Source: an uncultured bacterium (GTDB lineage: Bacteria; CAYUVA01). From it: DNA of 56,486 nucleotides. The DNA is taken from contig CAYUVA010000028.1 of assembly GCA_964448115.1 (NCBI GenBank), positions 1-56,486 of the forward strand. Direction: 5' to 3'. A program made the translations under genes and the position numbers. This document shows positions 1 through 9,178 of the stretch, piece by piece (positions within the stretch are counted from its first letter, which is position 1; every line of letters begins with the position of its first letter). The notes under the pieces are model-generated. The model saw only the letters and a program-made list of their open reading frames with translations. It made no database searches and was not told where the DNA came from.

Positions 1-4
1 TGTC

Positions 5-1996
5 TTGCTGCAGAACACCTCGCATGCGGTGCTTAGATACTGCAATATCCACGATAACTACTCGTACATGTCCGGCGGGGGGATAACCATCTTCTCGGAC
101 AGCAATCCTACCATTGAAAACTGCATCTTCAGGAACAATTATGTAACCGATGGATCCGGCGGGGGCATCTTCGTCAAGCAGCACTGCAATCCGACCATAA
201 AACACTGCATCGTGTATCAGAACAACTGCGCCAACTACGGTGGCGGGGTCTATTTCGATGACTCATCAGGGCTCCTTCAAGATACTTATGTGATAAGCAA
301 TGTCGCCTCACAGGGGGCAGGTGGCATAAATGTAACCGGTGAGACCTATGTTCCTACCATTACTGGATGCTCAGTTATAAATAATAGCAACGCCGGCGTT
401 TATGGCTACTACCAGCAGGGGGACTTCATCGGCAACCTGGTCAAGGGGAGCACAACCAGGGGCATCCTGGGAAGTCCGGTAAACGCCAACTACAACAACT
501 TCATAGACAATGGCGACTATGAGATCGAGGCGAACAGCATCGCTGATATAAATGCAACCTACTGCTACTGGGGAACAGCCGATCCTACGCACATACCCTC
601 GAAGATACTCGATGGCAACGATCAGCCCGGCTTAGGCATGGTCCATTATATCCCCTACGAGACCAGCCTTTCCTCGCATGCACCGCCACCGCCTCCGCAG
701 AACCTGGTCGGTTACGGCAGGCATGAGGCTATCGACCTTGAGTGGGATGAGATAGATAGCTTGACTGACTGGATATACAAGGTTTACTACGACAGTGATC
801 GCTCTGGCTTCTGGTACCAGGGGGATGACAGCAGCGCGGGTAGCTCGCCGATCAATATCGGCACCAGCACCGAGTATAGACTTCCCGGGCTCGAAAATGG
901 CGTCATGTATTATATTGTGGTCAGCGGCAGCAGCCCTGATGGCAAGGAGAGCTGGTACTCGAACGAGATAGCGGTGATGCCGGTAACCTCCACGCCGACC
1001 ATGACCCCCTCGGCAACGCCGACAATGACGCCGACGCCGACCGATACACCGACCGCCACCGATACGCCAACAGTTACACCGACCGATACACCGACCGACA
1101 CGCCGACTATAACCGAGACCCCGACCGACACGCCGATTTATTCATACACCCCGACCAGCAGCCCCACTAACACTCCCACCCCGACAAATACGCCGACTCC
1201 GACTAATACTGCCACTGCCAGCCCCACTCCCACGGCAACATCGACCCCTACACCAGCCGGCAAGCCAATAATAAGGGCAGCCGGCTATCTTAATACCGAT
1301 GTAAGCTCAAGCGGGGGGGGCATCGTGCATATCCTGGCTTGGGTAACCCATAATCGAAACTTCAACATTGAATTCGTTGAGATCTACTACCAGGGCGCTC
1401 CTAGCGGTGCATACCTGCCCGTGGTTCAAGGAGCACCAGGCTGGTACTGGCTTCGCAATATCAAGGTCGATCCCTACGGCTTGCCTCCCATGCAGATATT
1501 GCTTGAGCTGGTGGCAAGAGATAATTATGGGCACGATAGCGACCCCTGGCCCTATCTGACCTTCCACGCCGGGCACGAGCCTTGGGCGCAAAGCACCCAC
1601 TACTACCTCCCCTGGCAGATGATTGCCAGACGCATTTTACAACCAGCCGGACATGCAAAGGGAGAATCCAAGCCATTCATTTACTTTGCCGGCTACCAAG
1701 AGACCGACATCTACATCGAGGATGGGGCGGATATCCACCTGTTCGCCTATTGCGATGATCCCGATGGAATGGATGATATCGAGCAGGTGGAGATGTTCTT
1801 TGCCGGGATGCCGACCGGCATATTGTTGACTAAGGGCGTGGAGCCATCACTCGGAATACCAGCCTGGACATTCGATTTGCACCTTAATCCGCAAGACCTG
1901 GTCGGCTTGGATGATGTGAAGATACTGCTTGAGCTTCAAGCGGTTGACTACCAGGGCAATACCAGCATGATCTGGCCATACCTGGAGATATACTGA
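5..1996 (+). CDS. Secreted right-handed beta-helix protein with FN3 domain, Thr/Pro linker and tandem C-terminal WPY domains (5'-truncated by window edge)
   Basis: Repeated GGGI/GGGV...NPTIxNC beta-helix motifs; PPPPQNL...LEWD...[15 protein letters not shown]3 pattern; TPT-rich linker; two ~105-aa C-terminal repeats ending WPYLxF/I; frame is open to the left edge. Confidence 0.85.
   Translation: MLQNTSHAVLRYCNIHDNYSYMSGGGITIFSDSNPTIENCIFRNNYVTDGSGGGIFVKQHCNPTIKHCIVYQNNCANYGGGVYFDDSSGLLQDTYVISNVASQGAGGINVTGETYVPTITGCSVINNSNAGVYGYYQQGDFIGNLVKGSTTRGILGSPVNANYNNFIDNGDYEIEANSIADINATYCYWGTADPTHIPSKILDGNDQPGLGMVHYIPYETSLSSHAPPPPPQNLVGYGRHEAIDLEWDEIDSLTDWIYKVYYDSDRSGFWYQGDDSSAGSSPINIGTSTEYRLPGLENGVMYYIVVSGSSPDGKESWYSNEIAVMPVTSTPTMTPSATPTMTPTPTDTPTATDTPTVTPTDTPTDTPTITETPTDTPIYSYTPTSSPTNTPTPTNTPTPTNTATASPTPTATSTPTPAGKPIIRAAGYLNTDVSSSGGGIVHILAWVTHNRNFNIEFVEIYYQGAPSGAYLPVVQGAPGWYWLRNIKVDPYGLPPMQILLELVARDNYGHDSDPWPYLTFHAGHEPWAQSTHYYLPWQMIARRILQPAGHAKGESKPFIYFAGYQETDIYIEDGADIHLFAYCDDPDGMDDIEQVEMFFAGMPTGILLTKGVEPSLGIPAWTFDLHLNPQDLVGLDDVKILLELQAVDYQGNTSMIWPYLEIY
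985..1256 (+). repeat. Low-complexity coding repeat (Thr-Pro linker)
   Basis: Imperfect acnccg/accgat tandem units encoding TPTxTP. Confidence 0.85.
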
Positions 1997-2143
1997 AGAT
2001 GTTGAATATAAACCAAGCATATAGCAGTGCCTGTTTGCTCGATTGGCTGAGGTGGAAGAAAACCATGGGCTGAAACTATTGCTACGATATAGAAATGTAG
2101 CTATAAACGGTGTTATATCAAACAGAATAAGGGGAAGATAAAC

Positions 2144-2719
2144 ATGAAGAAATACCTTCTAGCTCTTTTTTTTATGCTGGTATCCATGATATTTATCCTT
2201 TATCATCCTACGGGACGAGTTCTAGCCAAGTCCGATGACCACAAAGCAACTGAGGGTAAAACGCAGCAGGCTAGTGAGGCTGCCAAGGCTAAGAAAAAGG
2301 AAAAGATCAGCTATCTGTATGTATGCATGGATGTGGATAATCCTTGCATCTCCGAGGATGAAAGGGGCTGCAAGGGATGCGCTTACCAGGTGATGAAGCA
2401 CGAGAAAAGCCTGCATACTTACATGGAGATGCTTGGCAATGTTATCGGGGATATCAGAAATGACCTGAGAGAATATGAGCTTGCTGCGGTGAAGAACAAG
2501 GCGAGCTTCATCAAGGAAACCTCGAATAGGATCGTGCTTTTCACGCCCCATAAGGGAAGCGAGGATCTCACGAAATACAAGGAATTCGCCGAAAAATTGG
2601 GCGAGGCTGCGAACATGCTCAAAGATGCTGCGGAAAAAGAGGACATCGGCGGAATAAATCGCTATAACACCGAGCTTAGCATCACCTGCAAGGGCTGCCA
2701 CGAACTATACAGAAAGTAA
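2144..2719 (+). CDS. Class II cytochrome c (cytochrome c'-like), exported
   Basis: N-terminal signal peptide; single CxxCH (CKGCHELYR) at the extreme C-terminus after helical segments. Confidence 0.7.
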   Translation: MKKYLLALFFMLVSMIFILYHPTGRVLAKSDDHKATEGKTQQASEAAKAKKKEKISYLYVCMDVDNPCISEDERGCKGCAYQVMKHEKSLHTYMEMLGNVIGDIRNDLREYELAAVKNKASFIKETSNRIVLFTPHKGSEDLTKYKEFAEKLGEAANMLKDAAEKEDIGGINRYNTELSITCKGCHELYRK

Positions 2720-2734
2720 GTCAAAGGTAGGAGG

Positions 2735-4138
2735 ATGGATCATAGCGATGTCATCATATTGGGCGCTGGATTGGCAGGTCTTACTGCCGGGTATGAACTA
2801 GCCTTGCACGGGAAAAAGGCGATTGTTATAGAATTGACCGATGATATCGGGGGGCTAGCCGGCAGCCTGAGAGTGGATGGAATGGTCTTCGACTACGGAC
2901 CACATCGCTTTTATAGCGAGAACGATGACCTGCTTCAAAGAGTCATCGACCTGTTGCCCGGACAACTCGAAGTCAGTCAGCGCAGAAGCAGGATCCGGCT
3001 TCAAAACAAGTTCTTCCAGTACCCGCTCAAGGCTCAGGAGATGCTCACTCGTCTGAACCCGGTGCAGAGCGCCAAAGCCTTTCTCGACTATTTATACACC
3101 TCGACCAAGCAGAAGATAAGAAAGAAGCCGGATGTCTCCTTCGAGGACTGGGTGGTACACCGCTTCGGACGCAGCCTGTTTGATATCTTTTTCGGTCCCT
3201 ATACTGAGAAGATCTGGGGGATGCCGACCTCGCAGCTCTCAGCGGACTGGGCGGCGCAGAGGATCTCTTTGATCAACCTTTGGGATGTCTTCATAAAGCT
3301 GGTCGCCATAGACAAGTCGGTGCCGAGAACTTATGCCTCTGCATTTCACTATCCAAAGGACGGAATCTACTCTATCGCTTATGCCTTGAAGGATGAGATA
3401 GAAAAAAATGGCGGCAAGGTCATAACCGGCTGTAACACAAAGATGATCGAGGTGAGCAACGACAAGGTGGAACTTGTATCAGACATCAAGGGGCAAGAAA
3501 CACAATTCAGCGGCGACTTCCTCATATCGACTATTCCGATCACTACCCTTGTTCAGCTTCTTAACCACCGCAATGTCTCCGGTGCCTCAAAGGAGGCTGC
3601 TCCACTAAGTTATCGAGCTATCCGCTTCGTCCACCTGGCTATCGAAAAAGAGAGGCTTACTCAGGATCACTGGATATACTTCCCGGAAAAGGAGTTTTTG
3701 TTCTCTCGAATAAGCGAATCAAAGAACTTCAGCTATTCTATGGCTCCGCCGCGGATCACCGCCTTGACCGTTGAGTTCTGCTGTCATGTGGGAGATATGG
3801 TCTGGAACGCCAAAGAGGAATCCCTGGTCGATATTGCCATAAACGGGTTGCGCAGGGCGGGGCTTCTTAGAGATGAGAAGATAATCGCCAACTATGGCTC
3901 CAGGCAATCCTTCGCATATCCAATCTATACCATCGGTTATAAAAAACACCTACAGAAACTTTTAGACAAGATCCATGACATAGATCAGGTGATAACCTGC
4001 GGAAGACAGGGCTTGTTCAAGTATGGCAATATGGATCACGCTATGGAGATGGGCTTTAAGGCAGCGGATCATATAATCAACGGTATCCCCAAACATGACA
4101 TCCTGATGGTCGCCAGCGAGAAGGACTATATCGGATAA
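2735..4138 (+). CDS. FAD-dependent oxidoreductase (UDP-galactopyranose mutase/protoporphyrinogen oxidase-like)
   Basis: GAGLAG dinucleotide motif, GG..FDYGPHRF, YTEKIWG, GRQGLFKYGNMDH; GGAGG RBS. Confidence 0.85.
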   Translation: MDHSDVIILGAGLAGLTAGYELALHGKKAIVIELTDDIGGLAGSLRVDGMVFDYGPHRFYSENDDLLQRVIDLLPGQLEVSQRRSRIRLQNKFFQYPLKAQEMLTRLNPVQSAKAFLDYLYTSTKQKIRKKPDVSFEDWVVHRFGRSLFDIFFGPYTEKIWGMPTSQLSADWAAQRISLINLWDVFIKLVAIDKSVPRTYASAFHYPKDGIYSIAYALKDEIEKNGGKVITGCNTKMIEVSNDKVELVSDIKGQETQFSGDFLISTIPITTLVQLLNHRNVSGASKEAAPLSYRAIRFVHLAIEKERLTQDHWIYFPEKEFLFSRISESKNFSYSMAPPRITALTVEFCCHVGDMVWNAKEESLVDIAINGLRRAGLLRDEKIIANYGSRQSFAYPIYTIGYKKHLQKLLDKIHDIDQVITCGRQGLFKYGNMDHAMEMGFKAADHIINGIPKHDILMVASEKDYIG

Positions 4139-4232
4139 GGGCTTGAGGCTTGAGACTTGAAGAAGGACAAAGGATAAAGATGAGCGAGAGCCAAAAGGCT
4201 GCTAGGAGACATAAACCATTACTTCTTGGAGC

Positions 4233-4250
4233 CTTTGTGCCTTGGTGGTT
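4233..4250 (-). repeat. Dispersed repeat, AACCAC-type arm (inverted)
   Basis: CTTTGTGCCTTGGTGGTT is the reverse complement of AACCACCAAGGCACAAAG, similar to copies at 11356 and 14945. Confidence 0.6.
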
Positions 4251-4275
4251 CGATAACTAAAACACCTTATAAAAG

Positions 4276-5073
4276 ATGTACCTGGGTAAAAAGATCGTGG
4301 TAGTAATGCCCGCATATAACGCCTCGCAGACACTAGAGCGCTGCTACGCCGATATCCCGCACGATATAGTCGATGAGATAATCCTGGTCGATGATGTAAG
4401 CATGGATGACACGGTGGAGATCGCCCGCCGACTAGGTCTTAAGACCATAATCCATAAGCAAAACGAGGGCTATGGGGGAAACCAGAAGACCTGCTATGTC
4501 GAGGCGCTAAAGGAAGGTGCAGATATAATCGTGATGCTCCACCCCGATCACCAGTATGACAGCAGGCAGATACCGCAGATAATCGATCCCATCGCCAGGG
4601 GCGAAGCCGAGATGGTTTTAGGCTCACGGATGCTAGTGGATAGGGCGCTGCAAGGTGGAATGCCTTTATACAAGTACATCTTTAACAAACTGCTCACTTT
4701 TATCGAGAACCTTGTCTTTGGAGTGAAGCATACCGAGTATCACACCGGCTTCAGGGCTTTTTCCAGGGAGTCGTTGCTTAAGGCGCCCTGGATGCTAAAC
4801 TCCAACGACTTCGTCTTCGATACGGAGATAATCGCCCAGATGATCGCCCTAAAATATCGCATTGCAGAGATACCAACACAGGCTAGATATTTCCCGGAGG
4901 CATCCTCGGTCAACTTCAAGACATCGATGATATATGGCTTGGGGACTCTGAAGGTGATGCTGCGATTTTGGCTTTGGAGAAAAGGGCTGGTCAGATTCAG
5001 ACAGTTTAGCGCCTCGCTAAAGGATGTGATCAGCCCCTATTACTGGAAAATGTTCAGTAGCAAGGCAAATTAA
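4276..5073 (+). CDS. Glycosyltransferase family 2 (DPM1-like)
   Basis: VVMPAYN, ILVDDVSMD, NEGYGGNQK, HPDHQY, TGFRAF, FVFDTE. Confidence 0.9.
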   Translation: MYLGKKIVVVMPAYNASQTLERCYADIPHDIVDEIILVDDVSMDDTVEIARRLGLKTIIHKQNEGYGGNQKTCYVEALKEGADIIVMLHPDHQYDSRQIPQIIDPIARGEAEMVLGSRMLVDRALQGGMPLYKYIFNKLLTFIENLVFGVKHTEYHTGFRAFSRESLLKAPWMLNSNDFVFDTEIIAQMIALKYRIAEIPTQARYFPEASSVNFKTSMIYGLGTLKVMLRFWLWRKGLVRFRQFSASLKDVISPYYWKMFSSKAN

Positions 5074-5090
5074 GCTGTGAAGCGCAAGGA

Positions 5091-6125
5091 ATGGAACAAC
5101 CGCAAAGGCACAAGGAGCCCAAAAAACAGATTCCCCTAATTTCGGTTGTAGTGCCGGTCTATAATAGCTCAACAACCATAGCCGAGTGCCTGGAAGCGAT
5201 CCTGGCAAATGACTATCCAGATTTCGAGGTCATCGTGGTAGATGATGAATCGAGCGATAACTCGGTCGAGATAATAAAGCGCTTCCCGGTGCGACTGTTA
5301 GAGCTGAAAGGAAGGCTCGGCGCCGGGGCAGCGCGTCAGGCTGGGGCAAAGGAAGCGCAAGGAGAGATAATCGCATTTACAGATGCGGACTGTGTGGTAC
5401 CAAGGGATTGGCTAGCAAAGATCGCTAAAAGGTTCAAGGAGAATCCCAGCCTGGCAGGCATCGGCGGTGTGTATAAGCCGCATCCCCAAGACGGACTTAT
5501 CTCCAGGTTCGCCAACTGGTCGGTATATATCTCCTATTATCCCTTTGTTGCAAAGGATACAGATTCCCTGAACACGGGTAACTGCGCCTATCGGCGTGAT
5601 ATCTTCCTCTCTTGTCCGCCGCCCGAGCACGATTACTTCAGGGGCATGGCAGCAGCAGAGGATACACTGCTCAGCATGGAGATCAGTAAAAAGGGCAAGC
5701 TGATCCACGACTGGGATCTGTACATCTATCATAGGAGCCGCGATACCATACCCAAGCTCTTCAAGCAGCAGATAACACGGGGATACTCAAGAACCATCCT
5801 TTCCGCCAAGCACCCCAAGACACAGGTCATCGATAAGGCAAGCGGGATGATGCTGCATATAATTACTCGACTGCTAAGCACTTTTGTGTTATATATTAGT
5901 GTTCTTTTAACTTTTATCCTATGGTCGCCATGGTATCTCATCGCTGGATTTGCTCAGTTCATCCTCTTTCTTGCACCGCACCTGTACAAGCTATATTCCT
6001 GGGAGCGCAGCTTACGATTCGTGCTTGTGTCGATCCTGCTGTTTATGATTCGAGACAGCGGGTGGATAGTTGGACTGATAAAGGGATTGTGGTTGCTGGT
6101 AAGGGAAAGGGCTGCTCGCAGGTAA
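5091..6125 (+). CDS. Glycosyltransferase family 2 with C-terminal transmembrane helices
   Basis: SVVVPVYN, VVDDESSD, FTDADC, AEDTL; hydrophobic C-terminus. Confidence 0.9.
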   Translation: MEQPQRHKEPKKQIPLISVVVPVYNSSTTIAECLEAILANDYPDFEVIVVDDESSDNSVEIIKRFPVRLLELKGRLGAGAARQAGAKEAQGEIIAFTDADCVVPRDWLAKIAKRFKENPSLAGIGGVYKPHPQDGLISRFANWSVYISYYPFVAKDTDSLNTGNCAYRRDIFLSCPPPEHDYFRGMAAAEDTLLSMEISKKGKLIHDWDLYIYHRSRDTIPKLFKQQITRGYSRTILSAKHPKTQVIDKASGMMLHIITRLLSTFVLYISVLLTFILWSPWYLIAGFAQFILFLAPHLYKLYSWERSLRFVLVSILLFMIRDSGWIVGLIKGLWLLVRERAARR

Positions 6126-6141
6126 GGGGGGATTTGGCTCA

Positions 6142-7260
6142 TTGAAACCTTCCAACCTCTGGCGCACATTTAAGCAGATGTACCTCACCGACCTTCCCTC
6201 TTATGTTATCTTCTTTGTAACCGCCCGCTGCAATTCCAAGTGTATCTTCTGCTTCTATCACCAGCAGCTCAATGCTGCCGACAACGAGCTTTCTATGGAT
6301 GAGATCGAGCGCATCGCGGATGGCTTTGAGCATCTCCCCTATCTGCTGCTCAGCGGGGGAGAGCCGTTCATGCGCAGCGATATCGACCAGATCTGCCTGG
6401 CATTCAATCACAGGGCAAATACCAGGTTCATATCCATACCGACCAACGGCATCCTTAGCGATACCATTGCAGCAAAGGCGGAGAATCTCCTGACCAGGGG
6501 GAGAGATCTCTTTCTGCGCATAGCTTTATCCATTGATAACATCCAAGATAAGCATGACAAGCTGCGCGGGGTACCAGGCAACTACCAGAAGGTGATGGAG
6601 ACCTATCGCAGGCTCGATGAGCTGCGAAAAAGATACAAGAATCTTAATATAGACGCAGCCATCGCCTTCAATCACTGGAACCAGGATGAGATACACCTAA
6701 TCTACCAGCACCTGCGGGATAACTATGCCTTCAACAACATCTCGGTCGGCTTCATCAGGGAAGGGGGACCGACTCCAGAAGCACAGGATGTTGATATCAA
6801 CAAGTACGAGGCGGTGAACCTTAGGATAATCGATGATAAACAGGGTACTGACAACCGCCCCCTATTCCCTGTCTTTCGGGCTGTTAATCAGTTGAGCCTG
6901 GAAAACATGATCCGAACCTTGAGGGATGGGCGCATCATATTGCCATGTATCGCTGCCAGCAAGATGCTGGTGATAAACGAGACCGGCGAGGTCTTCCCCT
7001 GCGAGGTGCTCTGGGAGAGGAAACTGGGAGATTTGAGAGAGAGTAACTATAGTATAAAGACCATACTCAATAGCGAACAAGCAAAGCGACAGCGCAGATT
7101 CATAGTAAACTCGCGTTGCTTCTGCGCCTGGGAATGCGCGCAGAATGCGAATATCTTCTTTAATATAGCCTATCCTTATGTTGCAGGAAAAATCCTGGCA
7201 AAAAGTATAAAAAATCTTATAAAAACAAACAGAAATAGACCGAACGGGGAGCAACCATGA
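6142..7260 (+). CDS. Radical SAM protein with SPASM/twitch-type C-terminus
   Basis: CNSKCIFC (CxxxCxxC), SGGEPF, TNG, C-terminal CIAAS...GEVFPCE...CFCAWEC. Confidence 0.9.
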   Translation: MKPSNLWRTFKQMYLTDLPSYVIFFVTARCNSKCIFCFYHQQLNAADNELSMDEIERIADGFEHLPYLLLSGGEPFMRSDIDQICLAFNHRANTRFISIPTNGILSDTIAAKAENLLTRGRDLFLRIALSIDNIQDKHDKLRGVPGNYQKVMETYRRLDELRKRYKNLNIDAAIAFNHWNQDEIHLIYQHLRDNYAFNNISVGFIREGGPTPEAQDVDINKYEAVNLRIIDDKQGTDNRPLFPVFRAVNQLSLENMIRTLRDGRIILPCIAASKMLVINETGEVFPCEVLWERKLGDLRESNYSIKTILNSEQAKRQRRFIVNSRCFCAWECAQNANIFFNIAYPYVAGKILAKSIKNLIKTNRNRPNGEQP

Positions 7261-8972
7261 TCATTCTTGGTATAGACCACAACAGCCACGACGCTGCCGC
7301 ATCACTGCTTATTGATGGAAAGATCGTTGCTATCGCCGAGGAGGAGCGCTTCACCCGCAAGAAACATGACGGCTCGGTGCCAGTAAATGCAGCCAGGTTC
7401 TGCCTCGACTACGCTGGGATCAATCCCAGTGATATCGACTATCTCACCTTCTTTTATAATCCTTTTCTGATGATGAGGAAGCGAGTCAGGCAGATGGCGA
7501 GATATTTCCCTGCCTCATTGCAGCTTCTGCAAAGAAAAGCCGGCTCCCAGACCAGGATGGAGCGGATACGAATGTTCATGGGTGAGAACTGGCTGCTTCG
7601 CCGAGCCTTGTTCCATAATCAGCCAGGCTTGAGGTATAAGTTCAAATACGTGGAGCATCATTGGGCACATGCCGCGTCTGCATTCCATCTTTCGCCCTTC
7701 GATAGCGCTGCCATTCTATCCATCGATGGCGCCGGAGAGTGGGCTACCACCTGGCTTGGGCGAGGAGAAGGCAATGAAATCAAGCTGATCCGCCAGGTCA
7801 ACTTCCCGCACTCGGTCGGGTTGCTCTACTCAGCTCTCACCTTCTATCTTGGCTTTCGACCCTGGAGCGGAGAGGGCAAGGTGATGGGATTGGCTGCCTA
7901 TGGCGATCCACAGCGATATCTTCCCACAATGCGCCGCATCATATTCCCCACCGGCAAGGGCGGATTCAAGCAGGATATGAGCTACTTCGAGTACCATGTA
8001 AGGGGGTGGCAGCGCTGGGTGAGCGAAAAGTTCATCGCTGAGTTCGGTCCCCTTAGAGCGCCAGAGAGCGAGCTGGAGCAGAGACACAAGGACATCGCTG
8101 CTGCCCTGCAAGCCATCACCGAGGAGATCGGGCTTTACATCGTGGATGAGCTATACAAGCAGACCGGCGAGGAAAACCTATGCCTGGCTGGAGGCGTGGC
8201 GCTTAACTGTGTAATGAATGGACGAATACTACAGGAATCCAAGTTCAAGAACATCTTCATACAACCAATGGCTAGCGATGCCGGAACCTCGCTGGGCAGC
8301 GCGGTCTATGCCAATCAGATCATCCTCAGGCAACCGAGGGTCATGGAGCTTAAACATGTTTACTACGGTCCCGAGTTCACCGACCAGCAGTGCGAGGAGG
8401 CGTTGAAAGCAAAGCGACTCAAGTACCATCGTTATGATGATATTGCGAAAAAGACCGCAGAGCTGTTAGCCCAGGAGAAGATCATCGGCTGGTTCCAGGG
8501 TCGAATGGAGGTCGGTCCCCGCGCCCTGGGATGCAGATCCATACTCACTGATCCACGCAAGCCTGAGATGAAGGATATCCTGAACGATAAAGTCAAGCAT
8601 AGGGAGGGCTTCAGACCATTTGCGCCATCGGTGCTGGAAGACAAAGCCGACCAGTACTTCGAGAATCCATATCCATCGCCTTATATGATACTCAACTTCA
8701 AGGTTCTGCCTAAAAAGCGAGATGTAATTCCCGCGGTTACACATGTCGATGGCACCGCTAGGGTGCAGACGGTTAGCGGGGAAACAAATCCATTATATTA
8801 TCGCCTTATCGAGGAATTCGAAAAGCTGACTGGCGTGGCGGTCATTTTGAATACCTCCTTCAATGTGCGCGGTGAGCCTATTGTCTGCACGCCGAGCAAT
8901 GCCATCGATTGTTTCTTGGGCACCCAGATGGATTACCTCGTTCTGGGCAACTTCATCGCCGAGAAGGGCTAG
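7257..8972 (+). CDS. Carbamoyltransferase, NodU/CmcH family
   Basis: HDAAA, EEERFTRKKH, HHWAHAASAF, GEGKVMGLA, AGGVALN, GPRALG, RPFAP, DGTARVQ, LNTSFN; ATGA overlap with the upstream gene. Confidence 0.95.
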   Translation: MIILGIDHNSHDAAASLLIDGKIVAIAEEERFTRKKHDGSVPVNAARFCLDYAGINPSDIDYLTFFYNPFLMMRKRVRQMARYFPASLQLLQRKAGSQTRMERIRMFMGENWLLRRALFHNQPGLRYKFKYVEHHWAHAASAFHLSPFDSAAILSIDGAGEWATTWLGRGEGNEIKLIRQVNFPHSVGLLYSALTFYLGFRPWSGEGKVMGLAAYGDPQRYLPTMRRIIFPTGKGGFKQDMSYFEYHVRGWQRWVSEKFIAEFGPLRAPESELEQRHKDIAAALQAITEEIGLYIVDELYKQTGEENLCLAGGVALNCVMNGRILQESKFKNIFIQPMASDAGTSLGSAVYANQIILRQPRVMELKHVYYGPEFTDQQCEEALKAKRLKYHRYDDIAKKTAELLAQEKIIGWFQGRMEVGPRALGCRSILTDPRKPEMKDILNDKVKHREGFRPFAPSVLEDKADQYFENPYPSPYMILNFKVLPKKRDVIPAVTHVDGTARVQTVSGETNPLYYRLIEEFEKLTGVAVILNTSFNVRGEPIVCTPSNAIDCFLGTQMDYLVLGNFIAEKG

Positions 8973-8980
8973 AAGGAGTT

Positions 8981-9178
8981 TCACGCAAAGACGCAAAGGA
9001 GATTATATATTGTTCGAGCGGCAAGCCTCTATATCCGAGCCATGAGCATGAGCGAGCGGTCAATAAAAGGCTTTAGGGAAGGAAAGAGGATCACGCAAAG
9101 ACCCAAAGAACGCAAAGATGATGAAAGTAAAGAGGAAGAATAAAAGAAAAAATCACGCAAAGACGCAAAGGCACAAAG
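8981..9178 (+). repeat. Cluster of three TCACGCAAAGAC-type repeats
   Basis: Copies at 8981-8998, 9091-9117 and 9153-9178. Confidence 0.85.

Noticed and set aside
8981-9178. Spaced TCACGCAAAG copies as a mini-CRISPR
   Set aside because: Repeats are short and variable, irregularly spaced and dispersed in both orientations across the window
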